DNA from: a virus
Lineage: Duplodnaviria > Heunggongvirae > Uroviricota > Caudoviricetes
DNA length: 64,000 nucleotides
Strand: one strand, 5' to 3'
IMG/VR virus record: IMGVR_UViG_3300034102_002845
Within the stretch, counting starts at the first letter, position 1. Each line of letters starts with the position of its first letter. A program made the translations under genes and the position numbers. This document shows positions 1 to 9,964 of this stretch, in pieces. The notes under the pieces were generated by a model. That model was not told the origin of the DNA. It made no database searches and saw nothing but the letters and a program-made list of their open reading frames with translations.

Positions 1-252
1 CTCTCTGGTTCCTCGGCCCGTTGAACAAACGGGTGAAGCTCTCCCAGGCACTCGCAACTGGCACGGCAGATGACGTTCGCTTTGCCGCTCAGGCATCCCT
101 GCCTGGCGTAACATGCCCTAAGGCACGCAAGCGCCTCGAACTCGCCCTGCGAGTGCCTTCAGAGAAGCAAGTTGAGGGAAAGGCGGTTAACCGAACCTCT
201 ACGGGCGGTTTACCGGCTTGGCTTTCCGAAGGAAAAGCGGTATAGTAAGTGC

Positions 253-444
253 ATGGAAAACACCGCTCCCATGACCGCCACACTCACCAAGGTTCTTCAC
301 GCCTACGGCAACCTTGAGGTTCAAGAAACGATGCGCTTCGCCAACGTTTCAAGCGCAGCACGCTTTCGCCGCGACATGCTCAACAAGCGTGTGGGTAGGC
401 CATGCGCCGGATCCGCCTACACCATCATTGCCGTTGAGTGGTGA
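253..444 (+). CDS. hypothetical protein (probably leaderless)
   Basis: ATG 6 nt after TATAGT, in frame with track ORF 172..444. Confidence 0.6.
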   Translation: MENTAPMTATLTKVLHAYGNLEVQETMRFANVSSAARFRRDMLNKRVGRPCAGSAYTIIAVEW

Positions 445-534
445 GCATGGATACCTGTAAAGAGCCCGTGTGGGCTAGCCCCGCCAAGAGCAAGCCCGAG
501 CCCTTTGAGGAAGTTCAGGTGAGAGTGGGAGAGG

Positions 535-1413
535 TTGTCAACCCTCGCCGCTTTGCGAGGCAGTCCAGTTACGTTTTATCGGCCTATATTAACAGGATGG
601 GGGAGTGGCGCCAGCTTTGGAACCCATCTCTCGAACCCCTGGTCGGTGTTGTGTCCTGGCGTTACATTCCCGGAACTAGGCCATGTAGGCCATGAGGGAA
701 AAAGACCGAAATACAACCCTAATCACCCTAATCGTCGGGGCCTTAGTAACCTTCCTTCTCGAGACCTTTTTCACCGCACCCTGAAGTACGAATTTCGCCT
801 CACCGCTGGAAATCCTCGACTTGTTCGCGCTGTCAATTATGGGATTGACACCTTTGAAGCAGGTACTCCAATTCTCGCAATCGAAAGCATTGACAAAGAC
901 GGTTTAGGCATTACCACGGATTGGATGACCGCCCAGAAGGCTTCACTCAATGGTGGGCACATTGCGGCTTTACGTTACCTTTTCAACGCCCAAAACAAGC
1001 TTGGATGGTACTACGGCACAACAAACGAGCCATACCGTAAAAAGATCGAAGTTGAGTACAGCACAGACTGCGTCCCTGAGGAATACCTTTATATTGAGAC
1101 TCACTTTCAGGTGAGTGCAGAGGAAGCGAAAGAACTAAAAACTGGCATCAGCCGCAATTTGTTCAGCGGAGCCCTGATTGCAACGGAAAGATGTTACGAT
1201 TCGAGCAAGTTTCACGAGTTTGCCCAGAGGAATGCCGCGTTAAACCGCAAAGTTGAGTTGTGCTTGCTTGACACGAACGTCCGGCGCGACGCTGAGGGCC
1301 GGTGGATGAAAGTTCCGAAGAAAATTGGCACCATGTCAGAGGCGTCACGTAAGACTCTTTCCGATGAGTACGGCAAGGTGTCACGATCACGTAAACTTTG
1401 GGAGGTTTCCTAA
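535..1413 (+). CDS. hypothetical protein (true start probably further downstream)
   Basis: 292-codon ORF; no motif recognised. Confidence 0.55.
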   Translation: MSTLAALRGSPVTFYRPILTGWGSGASFGTHLSNPWSVLCPGVTFPELGHVGHEGKRPKYNPNHPNRRGLSNLPSRDLFHRTLKYEFRLTAGNPRLVRAVNYGIDTFEAGTPILAIESIDKDGLGITTDWMTAQKASLNGGHIAALRYLFNAQNKLGWYYGTTNEPYRKKIEVEYSTDCVPEEYLYIETHFQVSAEEAKELKTGISRNLFSGALIATERCYDSSKFHEFAQRNAALNRKVELCLLDTNVRRDAEGRWMKVPKKIGTMSEASRKTLSDEYGKVSRSRKLWEVS

Positions 1414-1485
1414 CTTTCTCTACCCGCAAAAGACGAGCAGCCCTGGCCCATTAAACTACCTCAGACCCTTGACTCTTGGCCCCTA

Positions 1486-2070
1486 ATGATTGAAACTACC
1501 AAAGTCTTTCAGTACAGGATTCTTGAAGAACTCCCTATTGACCACTTGAGCGAGTTTAAGAACCACGACCGTTTAACTGTTTTTTACCATAAGGGGACAA
1601 CGTGTGTTCAGTGTAGTAGAACAGGGACACGCCTCATTAGAGGAGAAGGTAGAGGCGGACAACATTGGGACATTTACACAGACGATCTATATCCTCTTAC
1701 TGTTGATCACATTGTCCCTAAATCTCGTGGTGGTGGTGAGGAACTCGAAAATAAGCAACCAATGTGTGCGGGTTGCAACTTCAACAAAGGGAACGGGGAT
1801 AAGCCGTACAGCCGCACTGACTGGGTACCTGCAGGGTTCTCTAAATGTTCTCTTCTGGATGACTTGAGCCTATTAGCGGGAAAGCCAGTCTGGAAGCGTT
1901 CACCCAAACCAAACTCCAATCGAAAGCACAAAAAACTATACCATTTTGGAACTTGTTCTGAAGTTGCAATCAATCCACTAACCAAGAGAATAGCCGCAGC
2001 TGTTGCAGAAAAGCCTGGCGTCTTATTTGACTTGAGAACTCTTTTTGTTCCACAAGGCGAGTATTCCTAG
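1486..2070 (+). CDS. HNH endonuclease
   Basis: TVDHIVPKSRGG...N.QPMCAGCNFNKG HNH motif with CxxC pairs. Confidence 0.85.
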   Translation: MIETTKVFQYRILEELPIDHLSEFKNHDRLTVFYHKGTTCVQCSRTGTRLIRGEGRGGQHWDIYTDDLYPLTVDHIVPKSRGGGEELENKQPMCAGCNFNKGNGDKPYSRTDWVPAGFSKCSLLDDLSLLAGKPVWKRSPKPNSNRKHKKLYHFGTCSEVAINPLTKRIAAAVAEKPGVLFDLRTLFVPQGEYS

Positions 2071-2100
2071 CTCCCCAAACCACCACTCAACTAAACACCC

Positions 2101-2331
2101 ATGAGCATCGCTGACATTCTCACTAACCACCCGGCAATGTCCGTCAGACGTACTTTCTTTTATGCTGGATTTGAGCTAAAAGCTGACGGAGTCCAAAACT
2201 ACTTTCAGGGGTTCTACATCACCGACAAATTCGACCCCGAGGCTGGGTTTGGTCTCGTACGAACCGACATAACGCAGCATTTGGGCTCCGATCCCGGTAA
2301 AGTGCACATCTCTACCTTCACACCTTTGTAG
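2101..2331 (+). CDS. hypothetical protein
   Basis: ORF in tightly packed + strand run. Confidence 0.55.
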   Translation: MSIADILTNHPAMSVRRTFFYAGFELKADGVQNYFQGFYITDKFDPEAGFGLVRTDITQHLGSDPGKVHISTFTPL

Positions 2332-2337
2332 TCTTAA

Positions 2338-2958
2338 ATGACGCACCCCATGGAAGACGATGCACCATCCTATAACCCTGCCGAAGACAGTTTTGTCGCC
2401 ACCGTCAACGAACTTGCAACACGTACTGGCCAAAGCAAAGCAGATGTGCTCGCGAATGCTGTGAACTTATACTACGATTTTGTCACTGAGAAGCAAAGTA
2501 CGGGCCAAGAAAAAGTTGAGATTCAACCTGGTGCTACAGCACTAATTCAACAGAAAGGTCCATGGTGGATCGGTTGGGTTGAAGAGGTTCCTGGGGTAAA
2601 CGCTCAGGAACGCACTCGTGACAGTCTTCTTGCGTCTTTGACAGAAATCCTTAGGGAAGAAGAGACACTTCGACGAGAGAAGAGGGAGAAATTACCAACG
2701 GATGAAACCCTAGTGTGGGGTATAGCTGAGCTGTTCTATCAGATAAACGGTGACTGGCTGAGTGCAAACGATGTAGCGACTAGGCTTGGCATAAATGTTA
2801 ATCATGCACGGTATCTCCTGGAAGGATCCCAGCAGTTTCTCCACACAACGGGCTTCGGTCACCCTCGCCTGTACACCACTAAGAAAAAATACTTCAGGTG
2901 GTCTAACCTAAAGCATATAATCGCGGACTTTCTTTCGCAGCAAATTTCTGTTAAGTAA
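2338..2958 (+). CDS. fusion protein: RHH-like segment, HicB-family antitoxin domain and HTH-like tail
   Basis: IQQKGPWWIGWVEEVPGVNAQERTRDSLLASL matches the HicB pattern; VNELATRTGQSKADVLANAVNLY resembles RHH helices. Confidence 0.6.
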   Translation: MTHPMEDDAPSYNPAEDSFVATVNELATRTGQSKADVLANAVNLYYDFVTEKQSTGQEKVEIQPGATALIQQKGPWWIGWVEEVPGVNAQERTRDSLLASLTEILREEETLRREKREKLPTDETLVWGIAELFYQINGDWLSANDVATRLGINVNHARYLLEGSQQFLHTTGFGHPRLYTTKKKYFRWSNLKHIIADFLSQQISVK

Positions 2959-2966
2959 GCAACTCT

Positions 2967-3293
2967 ATGACCAATCTCGAACCAGAAGGTGAAAGTTATC
3001 CTTACAGTGTGAGAGTAAGCGAAAAGGGAAAGAAGCACGCTGAAAGAATTGCAGCGTTACTGGAGCTTGACGAGTGGTGGCAAGCTTACGGTATTGGTTT
3101 TCTTTTTGCGATAGACCACGCTGAAGCCCACGTCAAGGGTAGCACCGAAGTAGTATTTTGCAGGCCAGAAGTTAAGGAGCTGCTGGAGAACAACCCGCAG
3201 TTTATTGAAGCACTTTGCGAAGAAGGTGTAGTCGAGTGGCTGACGCCGTTTGTCTTAGCCAAGTTGAAAAACAAGAGTACCACGCCAAACTAA
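2967..3293 (+). CDS. hypothetical protein
   Basis: ORF in operon. Confidence 0.6.
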   Translation: MTNLEPEGESYPYSVRVSEKGKKHAERIAALLELDEWWQAYGIGFLFAIDHAEAHVKGSTEVVFCRPEVKELLENNPQFIEALCEEGVVEWLTPFVLAKLKNKSTTPN

Positions 3294-3313
3294 CCAATCA
3301 TAGATCTAAAATC

Positions 3314-3520
3314 ATGAACATACTTCAGTCTATTCGCCGCGCCATTCGTGCTCTCCCAATAAACTTTCTATGCCGCATAGGAGTCCATGAGTGGCACTTC
3401 CTGCTATCCGAGGTTGGTTACGTCCCCCTGAGGGGCTGGCCGAACGGTACAACATGCCTTCACTGTAGAAAGCCACACCCTTGCTCCACCCCCAGTCTAA
3501 GAGATGAGAATGTTAGATGA
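3314..3520 (+). CDS. small Cys/His-rich hypothetical protein
   Basis: LCRIGVHEW...CLHC motif; stop overlaps next gene. Confidence 0.5.
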   Translation: MNILQSIRRAIRALPINFLCRIGVHEWHFLLSEVGYVPLRGWPNGTTCLHCRKPHPCSTPSLRDENVR

Positions 3521-4013
3521 ACGTTTCATCGGGGGCGACTTCTATGATTTCCTACGTGGAGAAGGATTCATATGCGGCAAAGAGACAGGGCTTAAGATAG
3601 CCGCAGGAAATCCAAACGTTTTCGTAACGAATCTCTGCGACTATTACGGTCCGTACATAATGAGGTATGTAGGTACAATTGACCAGGCTGAAGCCCTTCG
3701 CCTCAATGATGTTGATATCGTGTACAAATGGGCAAAAAAGTTTCACCCTGTGCACTACTTCTATAGCCACCTTCTCACGAACAGTCAAAAGTGCGAGAGT
3801 GGAAGTGGGTGCATGAAGTGGGACGTGTGGACTGCCGTGGCCGAGGACAACCCAGACTGGCGTGCTATTCCAGGAACACCCTACTACGGGAAACTAACCG
3901 TCAGGAACCTGAGAAAGAAGTCACTCCCGATTGCCATAGACGAGAAAAAGGTGGAACAGTGGATTTCTGCTTCGGCGGAAATTCCAGGGTTATACACCGT
4001 ATTAACCGTTTAA
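3504..4013 (+). CDS. hypothetical protein
   Basis: 169-aa ORF. Confidence 0.6.
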   Translation: MRMLDERFIGGDFYDFLRGEGFICGKETGLKIAAGNPNVFVTNLCDYYGPYIMRYVGTIDQAEALRLNDVDIVYKWAKKFHPVHYFYSHLLTNSQKCESGSGCMKWDVWTAVAEDNPDWRAIPGTPYYGKLTVRNLRKKSLPIAIDEKKVEQWISASAEIPGLYTVLTV

Positions 4014-4237
4014 CCTCCCGAATTTTGACTAAACTAGTGCAGTAGGTGCGCTTGGCGCAACCCGCGAGCAAGTTTTAACTACAAATGTACAAGAGGCTCG
4101 CACAGAGTACTCGTCGTACAAACAAAGTTTCTGACTGACGAGGGCATTTGCGCCCTCCAAACCAGACTCATCCTAGCGCAAGCTTCAGCGTGCTCTGACT
4201 CGTAGGGGTCACACGTGTCGTCTCTTGTAGCAGAAGG

Positions 4238-5029
4238 GTGCCAATAAACCAAACAACTATTCAAACAATGTTTAGAACTGATGGCTCCACACACTACTCC
4301 GGTGTGTTGAACGAACTTGAGACCATACGAGTAATGCAGCAGTTGAACCTCCTGAGCGAGGAAACTACACGACTCGGGGGCACACGGCATAAGGCCGACT
4401 GGGAGGATAGAGGGGTTTCCTACAGCGCCAAACACAAGTCTTGCTTGGGTAAGGGATCCTTTGATTGGATTAATACAACACGCCTAGGACAAAGCGACAC
4501 AGACATAGTTAAAAACTTTCTCAGAAATGTTCACGAACTTTCCTGTAAGGTTGTTCCAGACAAGGCAAACACGGCAGTTGTGAAAACTGCACGGAGCCTT
4601 TTCTCGGATACCTCACGGGAACTTTTGGATGAATGGACCTCGGACAACCTTTCTGATTTTCTGTCAGAACACCTTGTTGGTCCCAATCGAAGTATGCAGT
4701 GTGTAATAACAGAATCCAGCAAGCGAAAGTTGTACATTTTTCCAGTGAGCAATCACCCTGCGGTCCGAATGCTGAAACAAGGATACACCCCAAAGCTGAG
4801 TGGCACTGCAAAAGGTTCTCGTAAGATCACGTTTTGTAAGGGGTCGGACGAAGTAGAATCGGGACTTAGGCTTCGCCTAACGTTGAATAACGGTGTGAAG
4901 GCTCTTTTAGGGTTAGCTACGGATAAGGATGGAAGGAAAAAGCACAGCAGCTTGGTTGCAAAACTACAGCAGGACAACATAAAGCAGCTTGTTGAAAGGA
5001 GCGACGCCGAAGTTTATGACTATGCGTAA
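4238..5029 (+). CDS. hypothetical protein, possible PD-(D/E)xK endonuclease
   Basis: 263-aa ORF; E...KAD...SAK spacing is only suggestive. Confidence 0.45.
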   Translation: MPINQTTIQTMFRTDGSTHYSGVLNELETIRVMQQLNLLSEETTRLGGTRHKADWEDRGVSYSAKHKSCLGKGSFDWINTTRLGQSDTDIVKNFLRNVHELSCKVVPDKANTAVVKTARSLFSDTSRELLDEWTSDNLSDFLSEHLVGPNRSMQCVITESSKRKLYIFPVSNHPAVRMLKQGYTPKLSGTAKGSRKITFCKGSDEVESGLRLRLTLNNGVKALLGLATDKDGRKKHSSLVAKLQQDNIKQLVERSDAEVYDYA

Positions 5030-5125
5030 AAGCTTAGCTTAAACGCCCCTTGCCAAGGGCGGTTTACCCCCTTGCCTTTCCGAAAGGAAAGCGGTATAGT
5101 TACTTTGTAACAACCTTGTCCCCCT

Positions 5126-5506
5126 ATGACAACTTGGTGCTACAGCGACCAAATGAACCCCTACGGGTTTAAAGACCTAGTAGAAGGTGTGAAAACTCCG
5201 CAGTCTCACCCGTACAGCTACGACCCTTTCACGATATGGAAGAATCGTGTAGAGCCTAAAAATGCCGTCTACTCCGACCGACTTCTGAGTTGGGATCGCA
5301 AAAGGCACGACGAGCTTTGCAAGAGACACTTCAAAAATCAAGGGCATAACTGGTCTCATCGCGATCCCCGCAAAATTGAACGCTTTCTGAGAGACTACTT
5401 CGACAGTCCCACACTGGTTCTTTGCGAAGTTATTCAAGGGTGCAATGTGAGCAATGGCTACCCTTATTGGGCCTTTCTTTACACTTCACCTGGACTTGAA
5501 GAATGA
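5126..5506 (+). CDS. conserved phage hypothetical protein
   Basis: first ORF after promoter; CNVSNGYPYW motif. Confidence 0.65.
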   Translation: MTTWCYSDQMNPYGFKDLVEGVKTPQSHPYSYDPFTIWKNRVEPKNAVYSDRLLSWDRKRHDELCKRHFKNQGHNWSHRDPRKIERFLRDYFDSPTLVLCEVIQGCNVSNGYPYWAFLYTSPGLEE

Positions 5507-5740
5507 CACACGTGTCCTTCATAACTCTCGTACCTCTGGCAGAAACTCACTTCGACGTCACAACGGTGCCAAGGGTGGGAGATGATATTTGCCTGGAAGC
5601 TCCTAATGGTGCTCTTGTGATGTTCAAGGTGAAAAAGTCACATGGTACGTGGCAAGTAAACCTTACACGGGGCTTGAGGCAGAAGTTAATCTTTCGCTGG
5701 TGGGGCGGCAAGGGGGTAACACCTTTCACCAGGGCGGTTT
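5503..5740 (+). pseudogene. frameshifted hypothetical gene, paralog of 6104..6352
   Basis: Shares VPRVG motif. Adding one A to the A5 run near 5633 restores VKKVTWYV...EVNLSL, matching the paralog's V.KVVW...VTVHL pattern. Confidence 0.5.
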
Positions 5741-5807
5741 CCCGCCTTGCCCCTTGCTGCTAAACCACGCTATAGTAAATACAGCGAACCAACTCACGCA
5801 CTCTAAA

Positions 5808-6023
5808 ATGAACGACTTGATTGAGGCTCTTCAAATTCTGCGTAAGTACGGGAACCCTGATAAACCCACCTACTGCGGCCATGACGTACTCTCTGTTTCA
5901 CCTGAGATAGACCCTGACGACGTGTCAGACGAGGATAGGAAAAAACTCGATGAGCGTGGGTTCTTCGTATCTACCGCCGACGGAGTGAAGGTCTTTCGTT
6001 CTTTCTGGTTTGGAAGTTGCTGA
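5808..6023 (+). CDS. conserved phage hypothetical protein
   Basis: MNDLIEALQILRKYG...HDVL motif; follows promoter. Confidence 0.65.
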   Translation: MNDLIEALQILRKYGNPDKPTYCGHDVLSVSPEIDPDDVSDEDRKKLDERGFFVSTADGVKVFRSFWFGSC

Positions 6024-6103
6024 GGCGGTTTACCGCCTTGTTTTCCCGAAGGAAAACGGTATAATTAATTCAGCTCAAGCAAACCCACTCGCCCACTCCG
6101 AAA

Positions 6104-6352
6104 ATGAAGATCAACTTTCGCACCGAGTCATCGGTCAAACTTCAAAGGAAATCCTGCGTTTCGTCCGTAGTCCCTCGTGTGGGAGAAACGATTGAGTTGC
6201 CTGCGTTAGACGAGAAGGAGCCTTGTAAGGCTGAGTACACAGTGAGCAAAGTAGTTTGGGAGCTAAACGACTACTTCATGGACACAGACGACCTTCAAGT
6301 TACAGTCCATCTGGTTTTTATTAGATGGTTTCCGAGAACCACGGCCCGATGA
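6104..6352 (+). CDS. hypothetical protein (VPRVG family)
   Basis: first ORF after promoter. Confidence 0.6.
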   Translation: MKINFRTESSVKLQRKSCVSSVVPRVGETIELPALDEKEPCKAEYTVSKVVWELNDYFMDTDDLQVTVHLVFIRWFPRTTAR

Positions 6353-6600
6353 ACACCGAAACCATCGAGGAGGCTTGCAACGAAGCTTGCCGAGACATTG
6401 CAGTTCTGATACACTCCCGCAAGAACTCAGGTAAACCCTTACCAACATCTGAGGTTTTAGCGGTTGGGTTAGAGCGACTGCTTTCCCACGGGGTGTCACA
6501 GAAAGACTTGTGGAGCTGTGTAGATGCCTTGTTCAGGAGAGCCGAAGACCTAAAGTTCCAGAAAGCTTTGGATGGTGGCTCCTCCGAGGTAGGCCGGTAA
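6349..6600 (+). CDS. hypothetical protein
   Basis: ATGA overlap with upstream stop. Confidence 0.55.
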   Translation: MNTETIEEACNEACRDIAVLIHSRKNSGKPLPTSEVLAVGLERLLSHGVSQKDLWSCVDALFRRAEDLKFQKALDGGSSEVGR

Positions 6601-6693
6601 GTAGCTCCTTTCGGGGCGGTTTCCCGGCTTGTTTTTGCTCGGCAGCTAAGTTAAACTAATCACAGCCACCCGACCTCTCACCCTTGGCTCCCA

Positions 6694-7263
6694 ATGACTG
6701 AAACCACCAAAGTCTTTCAGTACAGGATTCTTGAAGAACGCCCCCTTGACCACTTGACCGAGTTTAAACATCACCCCCGTCTAACTGTTTTTTACCATAA
6801 AGGCACGACTTGCGTTCAGTGTAGTAAAACAGGAACCCGACTTATTAAAGGTGAAGGTAGGAGTGGCCATCATTGGGATATTTACACTGATGACCTGTAC
6901 CCAATCACTGTTGATCATATTATCCCCAAATCCCATGGTGGCGGTGAGGAACTCGAAAATAAGCAACCAATGTGTGCGGGTTGCAACTTCAACAAAGGGA
7001 ACGGGGTAGTAAGGCCAAGGAAGACAAGGAAGACAGAGCTACCACCAAACATGGTAAGTGCTCTTGAGTTTAAAGACCCCGGAAGAGAAATCGTGGGCAA
7101 GACGCTTTGGCGAAAGACCGGGAAGTCGAGGACGATGGAACCCGTAGGAGAAGCTAGTTCCGTTGCCCCTAACCCGCATACCGGGGAAACCTCCGCAAAG
7201 TTAGTGGGGAACGACCGCACATTTCTCCATCTTTCTTCGTTATACCTGTGCGTCACAGCTTAG
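6694..7263 (+). CDS. HNH endonuclease (paralog of 1486..2070)
   Basis: near-identical N-terminal ~105 aa including the HNH motif. Confidence 0.85.
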   Translation: MTETTKVFQYRILEERPLDHLTEFKHHPRLTVFYHKGTTCVQCSKTGTRLIKGEGRSGHHWDIYTDDLYPITVDHIIPKSHGGGEELENKQPMCAGCNFNKGNGVVRPRKTRKTELPPNMVSALEFKDPGREIVGKTLWRKTGKSRTMEPVGEASSVAPNPHTGETSAKLVGNDRTFLHLSSLYLCVTA

Positions 7264-7350
7264 ACCGGTTAACCCCCTTGCTCCGGGGCGGTTTCCCCCT
7301 TGTTTCTGCGGTGCAGAAACGGTATAGTTACTTTATTGACCTCCGACCCA

Positions 7351-8088
7351 ATGACCACCTTTCAGTTCTACGAAGTCGGCGGTGCCGTGAGAGACTCCCT
7401 CCTTGGGATATCGAGCAAGGACGTTGACTTCTCCGTTGTTGCTCCCGAGGGCGTCTTTCCCACGGCAGACAGCGCCTTTCTGGCAATGGAATCCCAGCTC
7501 ACCGGGCAAGGCTTTCAGGTCTTCGAATCTCGCCGTGAGTTCCTGACCATTCGTGCACGGGTCCCGAAGGGCCATGCGCTGGAAGCCCGCACCGCTGTCG
7601 CTGATTTCGTACTGGCCCGCCGAGACGGTCCTTACAGCGATGGCAGGCGGCCAGACTGGGTCGCTCCTGGTACCCTGGCCGATGATCTGGCTCGGCGTGA
7701 CTTTTCTGTAAATGCACTCGCCCGAGGCGTGGACGGCACCCTGATAGACCTGTTCGGTGGTGTGGAGGATTTGGGTGCCAGTCTGCTGCGCTTTGTGGGT
7801 GACCCCACGAACAGAATCGCTGAGGACGGGCTAAGGGTTGTGCGTGGCTTCCGCTTCTACATCACCAAAGGTCTTGACATCGAGGCCGAAACTTGGAAAG
7901 CCCTCATCTCCGAGTTCGCTGCGGAGAAGCTCTCGAAAGTTTCCGTCGAAAGGGTGCGCGAAGAACTGAACAAAATGTTCCGTGCAAACACCCTGCACTC
8001 TCTTCGCTTGCTCGGTGAGCTGCCTCAGCACACCCAAGAAGCGATCTTCCGCGACGGTCTCCGCCTCGACGCCACAATGGCTCAGTGA
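7351..8088 (+). CDS. cca: class II tRNA nucleotidyltransferase (CCA-adding/poly(A) polymerase family), compact
   Basis: VGGAVRD.LLG..SKDVDF, RRDFSVNALA and EDGLRVVRGFRF motifs. Confidence 0.85.
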   Translation: MTTFQFYEVGGAVRDSLLGISSKDVDFSVVAPEGVFPTADSAFLAMESQLTGQGFQVFESRREFLTIRARVPKGHALEARTAVADFVLARRDGPYSDGRRPDWVAPGTLADDLARRDFSVNALARGVDGTLIDLFGGVEDLGASLLRFVGDPTNRIAEDGLRVVRGFRFYITKGLDIEAETWKALISEFAAEKLSKVSVERVREELNKMFRANTLHSLRLLGELPQHTQEAIFRDGLRLDATMAQ

Positions 8089-8184
8089 GGTCCTTGCGGA
8101 CTGCTTACTGAGGGCGGTTTGCCGCCCTGCCTTTTCGACAGGAAAGCGGTATAGTTAGTATGGAAGGTGAACAACCCCAAACCA

Positions 8185-8361
8185 ATGAAAAATCATCCGG
8201 AAATCAACTCGTTTCTCACGCTGGCTGAGGAGATTCAAGATCTGCAAAAGGCTAAGGATCTTCTTCTTGAAGTGTTTTTCGCCTTGGACAGGGGGAATCC
8301 GGTTGACCTGTCCTTAAAGCGTCAGGTTCAAGACTACTTCAAGCTTGACGAGGACGAATGA
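8185..8361 (+). CDS. hypothetical protein
   Basis: after promoter; ATGA overlap with next gene. Confidence 0.55.
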   Translation: MKNHPEINSFLTLAEEIQDLQKAKDLLLEVFFALDRGNPVDLSLKRQVQDYFKLDEDE

Positions 8362-8876
8362 CGAAGCCCATACTTCTTGGAGCCATTCACCTTGACGACG
8401 ACGTCGTAGTGAGTCACCTGATCAAAGAACTTCAGCAGACTGACACTGGCAGCCTTAATTACGTCATTCCTTTAAAAGGCGTGTACGATGGAATAGGAGA
8501 AACGCTAAAAAAGCGTGCTGCTCTTTCGGGCTTTAAGCCACGGAAATCAGCATTGTACGGCTCAGGGTCGATTATACCGATTGTAGGGTCAATCGGGTTG
8601 CACAATGACCCCGGACTCGGGAATGTACTGTGTTGGCTTTTGTACTCAGACTTTCCGAGCCACATCTGTCAGCACAAGGGTATGACCTCGAACGGTTCTT
8701 ATCAACGACCTAAACCTGAGCTAATAACCTCTCACGGGTCGCTCACAGTGAGCCAAGGCGAGTTTTTTGTGTTCAACGCTAACAACGGCCACGCCTGGGT
8801 GTCGAACACTCGCTGTGTGCTCGCTCAGATCCCCGTATCAAAACTCCCATCAAAAAAGCAGAGTTTCAAACCATGA
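8358..8876 (+). CDS. possible 2OG-Fe(II)/cupin-fold protein
   Basis: GLHND...FVFNANNGHAW, an HxD...H arrangement. Confidence 0.4.
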   Translation: MTKPILLGAIHLDDDVVVSHLIKELQQTDTGSLNYVIPLKGVYDGIGETLKKRAALSGFKPRKSALYGSGSIIPIVGSIGLHNDPGLGNVLCWLLYSDFPSHICQHKGMTSNGSYQRPKPELITSHGSLTVSQGEFFVFNANNGHAWVSNTRCVLAQIPVSKLPSKKQSFKP

Positions 8877-8962
8877 GCATCGTACACAGCACTCCTGTCC
8901 TTCAGTCTACCACTCGCACAGGGAGGGAAAAGTTCTGGCAAGAGTGTGTGGCAAACATCTGA
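8873..8962 (+). pseudogene. 29-codon truncated copy of the DNA ligase N-terminus
   Basis: MSIVHSTPVLQSTTRTGREKFWQ versus ligase MNIVYSTPVLQSTTRIGKVKFWQ. Confidence 0.8.
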
Positions 8963-9017
8963 GATACTAATTGTCTCCACCTAGGCAGGGTAAGTAATAT
9001 AGAGCTAATTACATAAA

Positions 9018-9888
9018 ATGCAACCAAGAGTATATGTGTACAGAATAACATTTGAGGAAGTTCCGAATTTTTATCATGGGTGGCATAAAGAAAAAATTTA
9101 TGATGAACTTTATATGGGTTCCCCTATAACCTGTAGAGATCTTTGGGAACTTTACACCCCTAAGAAAGAGATACTAAAAGAGTTTGACTATTCTGAGGAG
9201 GGGATGTGGGAGGCTCTAAGCTATGAAGACAAGCTGATAGAAGAGAACTGGCTTAATCCCTTAGCTCTTAATAGGAGCCGAGGGGGTTTTATGCACCCAT
9301 GTTTATTGCAGCAGATGTGGAAGGATCAGAAGTATAGGACTAAGAAATCAGAGCAAGTTCGATCCCAAATGATAGATCAGTGGAAGGATCCAGAGTTCAG
9401 AAGAAAGATGGCTTACCACAGACAGAACAACGGACACATGGAAAGATGGAGAAATACCCTGGAAACTCTGAAGGATAACTCCGAACACTGGGAAAGAATG
9501 TCTATCTTAATGTCAGAAATGACTAAAAATAGGTGGGAAGACCCGGGATTCCGGGAAAGAATTTCCTCTGCTGCTAGAGAACAAATGCTGGAGCAGTGGA
9601 AAGACCCTGTCTTCAGGGGGAAAAAGATCACAGGACAGCTCAGGGGAAAGAAACTCTCAGTACGGTACCATGTGGGTAACAGATGGAACTCCGGAGGGTA
9701 ACAGAAAAATTAACCAGGGTGATGAGGTGCCCGTTGGTTTCTTTAGGGGGAGAACCTTTAATTCGGGGGAAGAGAACCCTAATTTTGGGAAAATGTGGAT
9801 AACGGATGACACTAAAGAAGGTAGTAGGATGGTACCTAAAGATTCAGACATACCTGGGGGGTTTAGAAAAGGCAGAGTTAGGGGTTAA
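9018..9888 (+). mobile_element. free-standing homing endonuclease-like gene (GIY-YIG-like N-terminus, WKDPEFR repeats, NUMOD-like C-terminal repeats), split by a frameshift near 9616-9625
   Basis: VYVYRITF...FYHG...YMGS; two MW.TD.T..G.R...G..PxGF..GR repeats in the +1 frame. Confidence 0.7.
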
Positions 9889-9964
9889 AAAATTGTGAAC
9901 TCCCCTTGAAACAACTTGCCCTCAGCTGTACCCCCTTGGCACTAAATATTAACTGAAAAAAGAA

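Noticed and set aside
8873-9964. Group I intron interrupting the ligase
   Set aside because: The downstream ligase restarts from its own complete N-terminus, so no splicing is needed, and I found no P7/R/S core.
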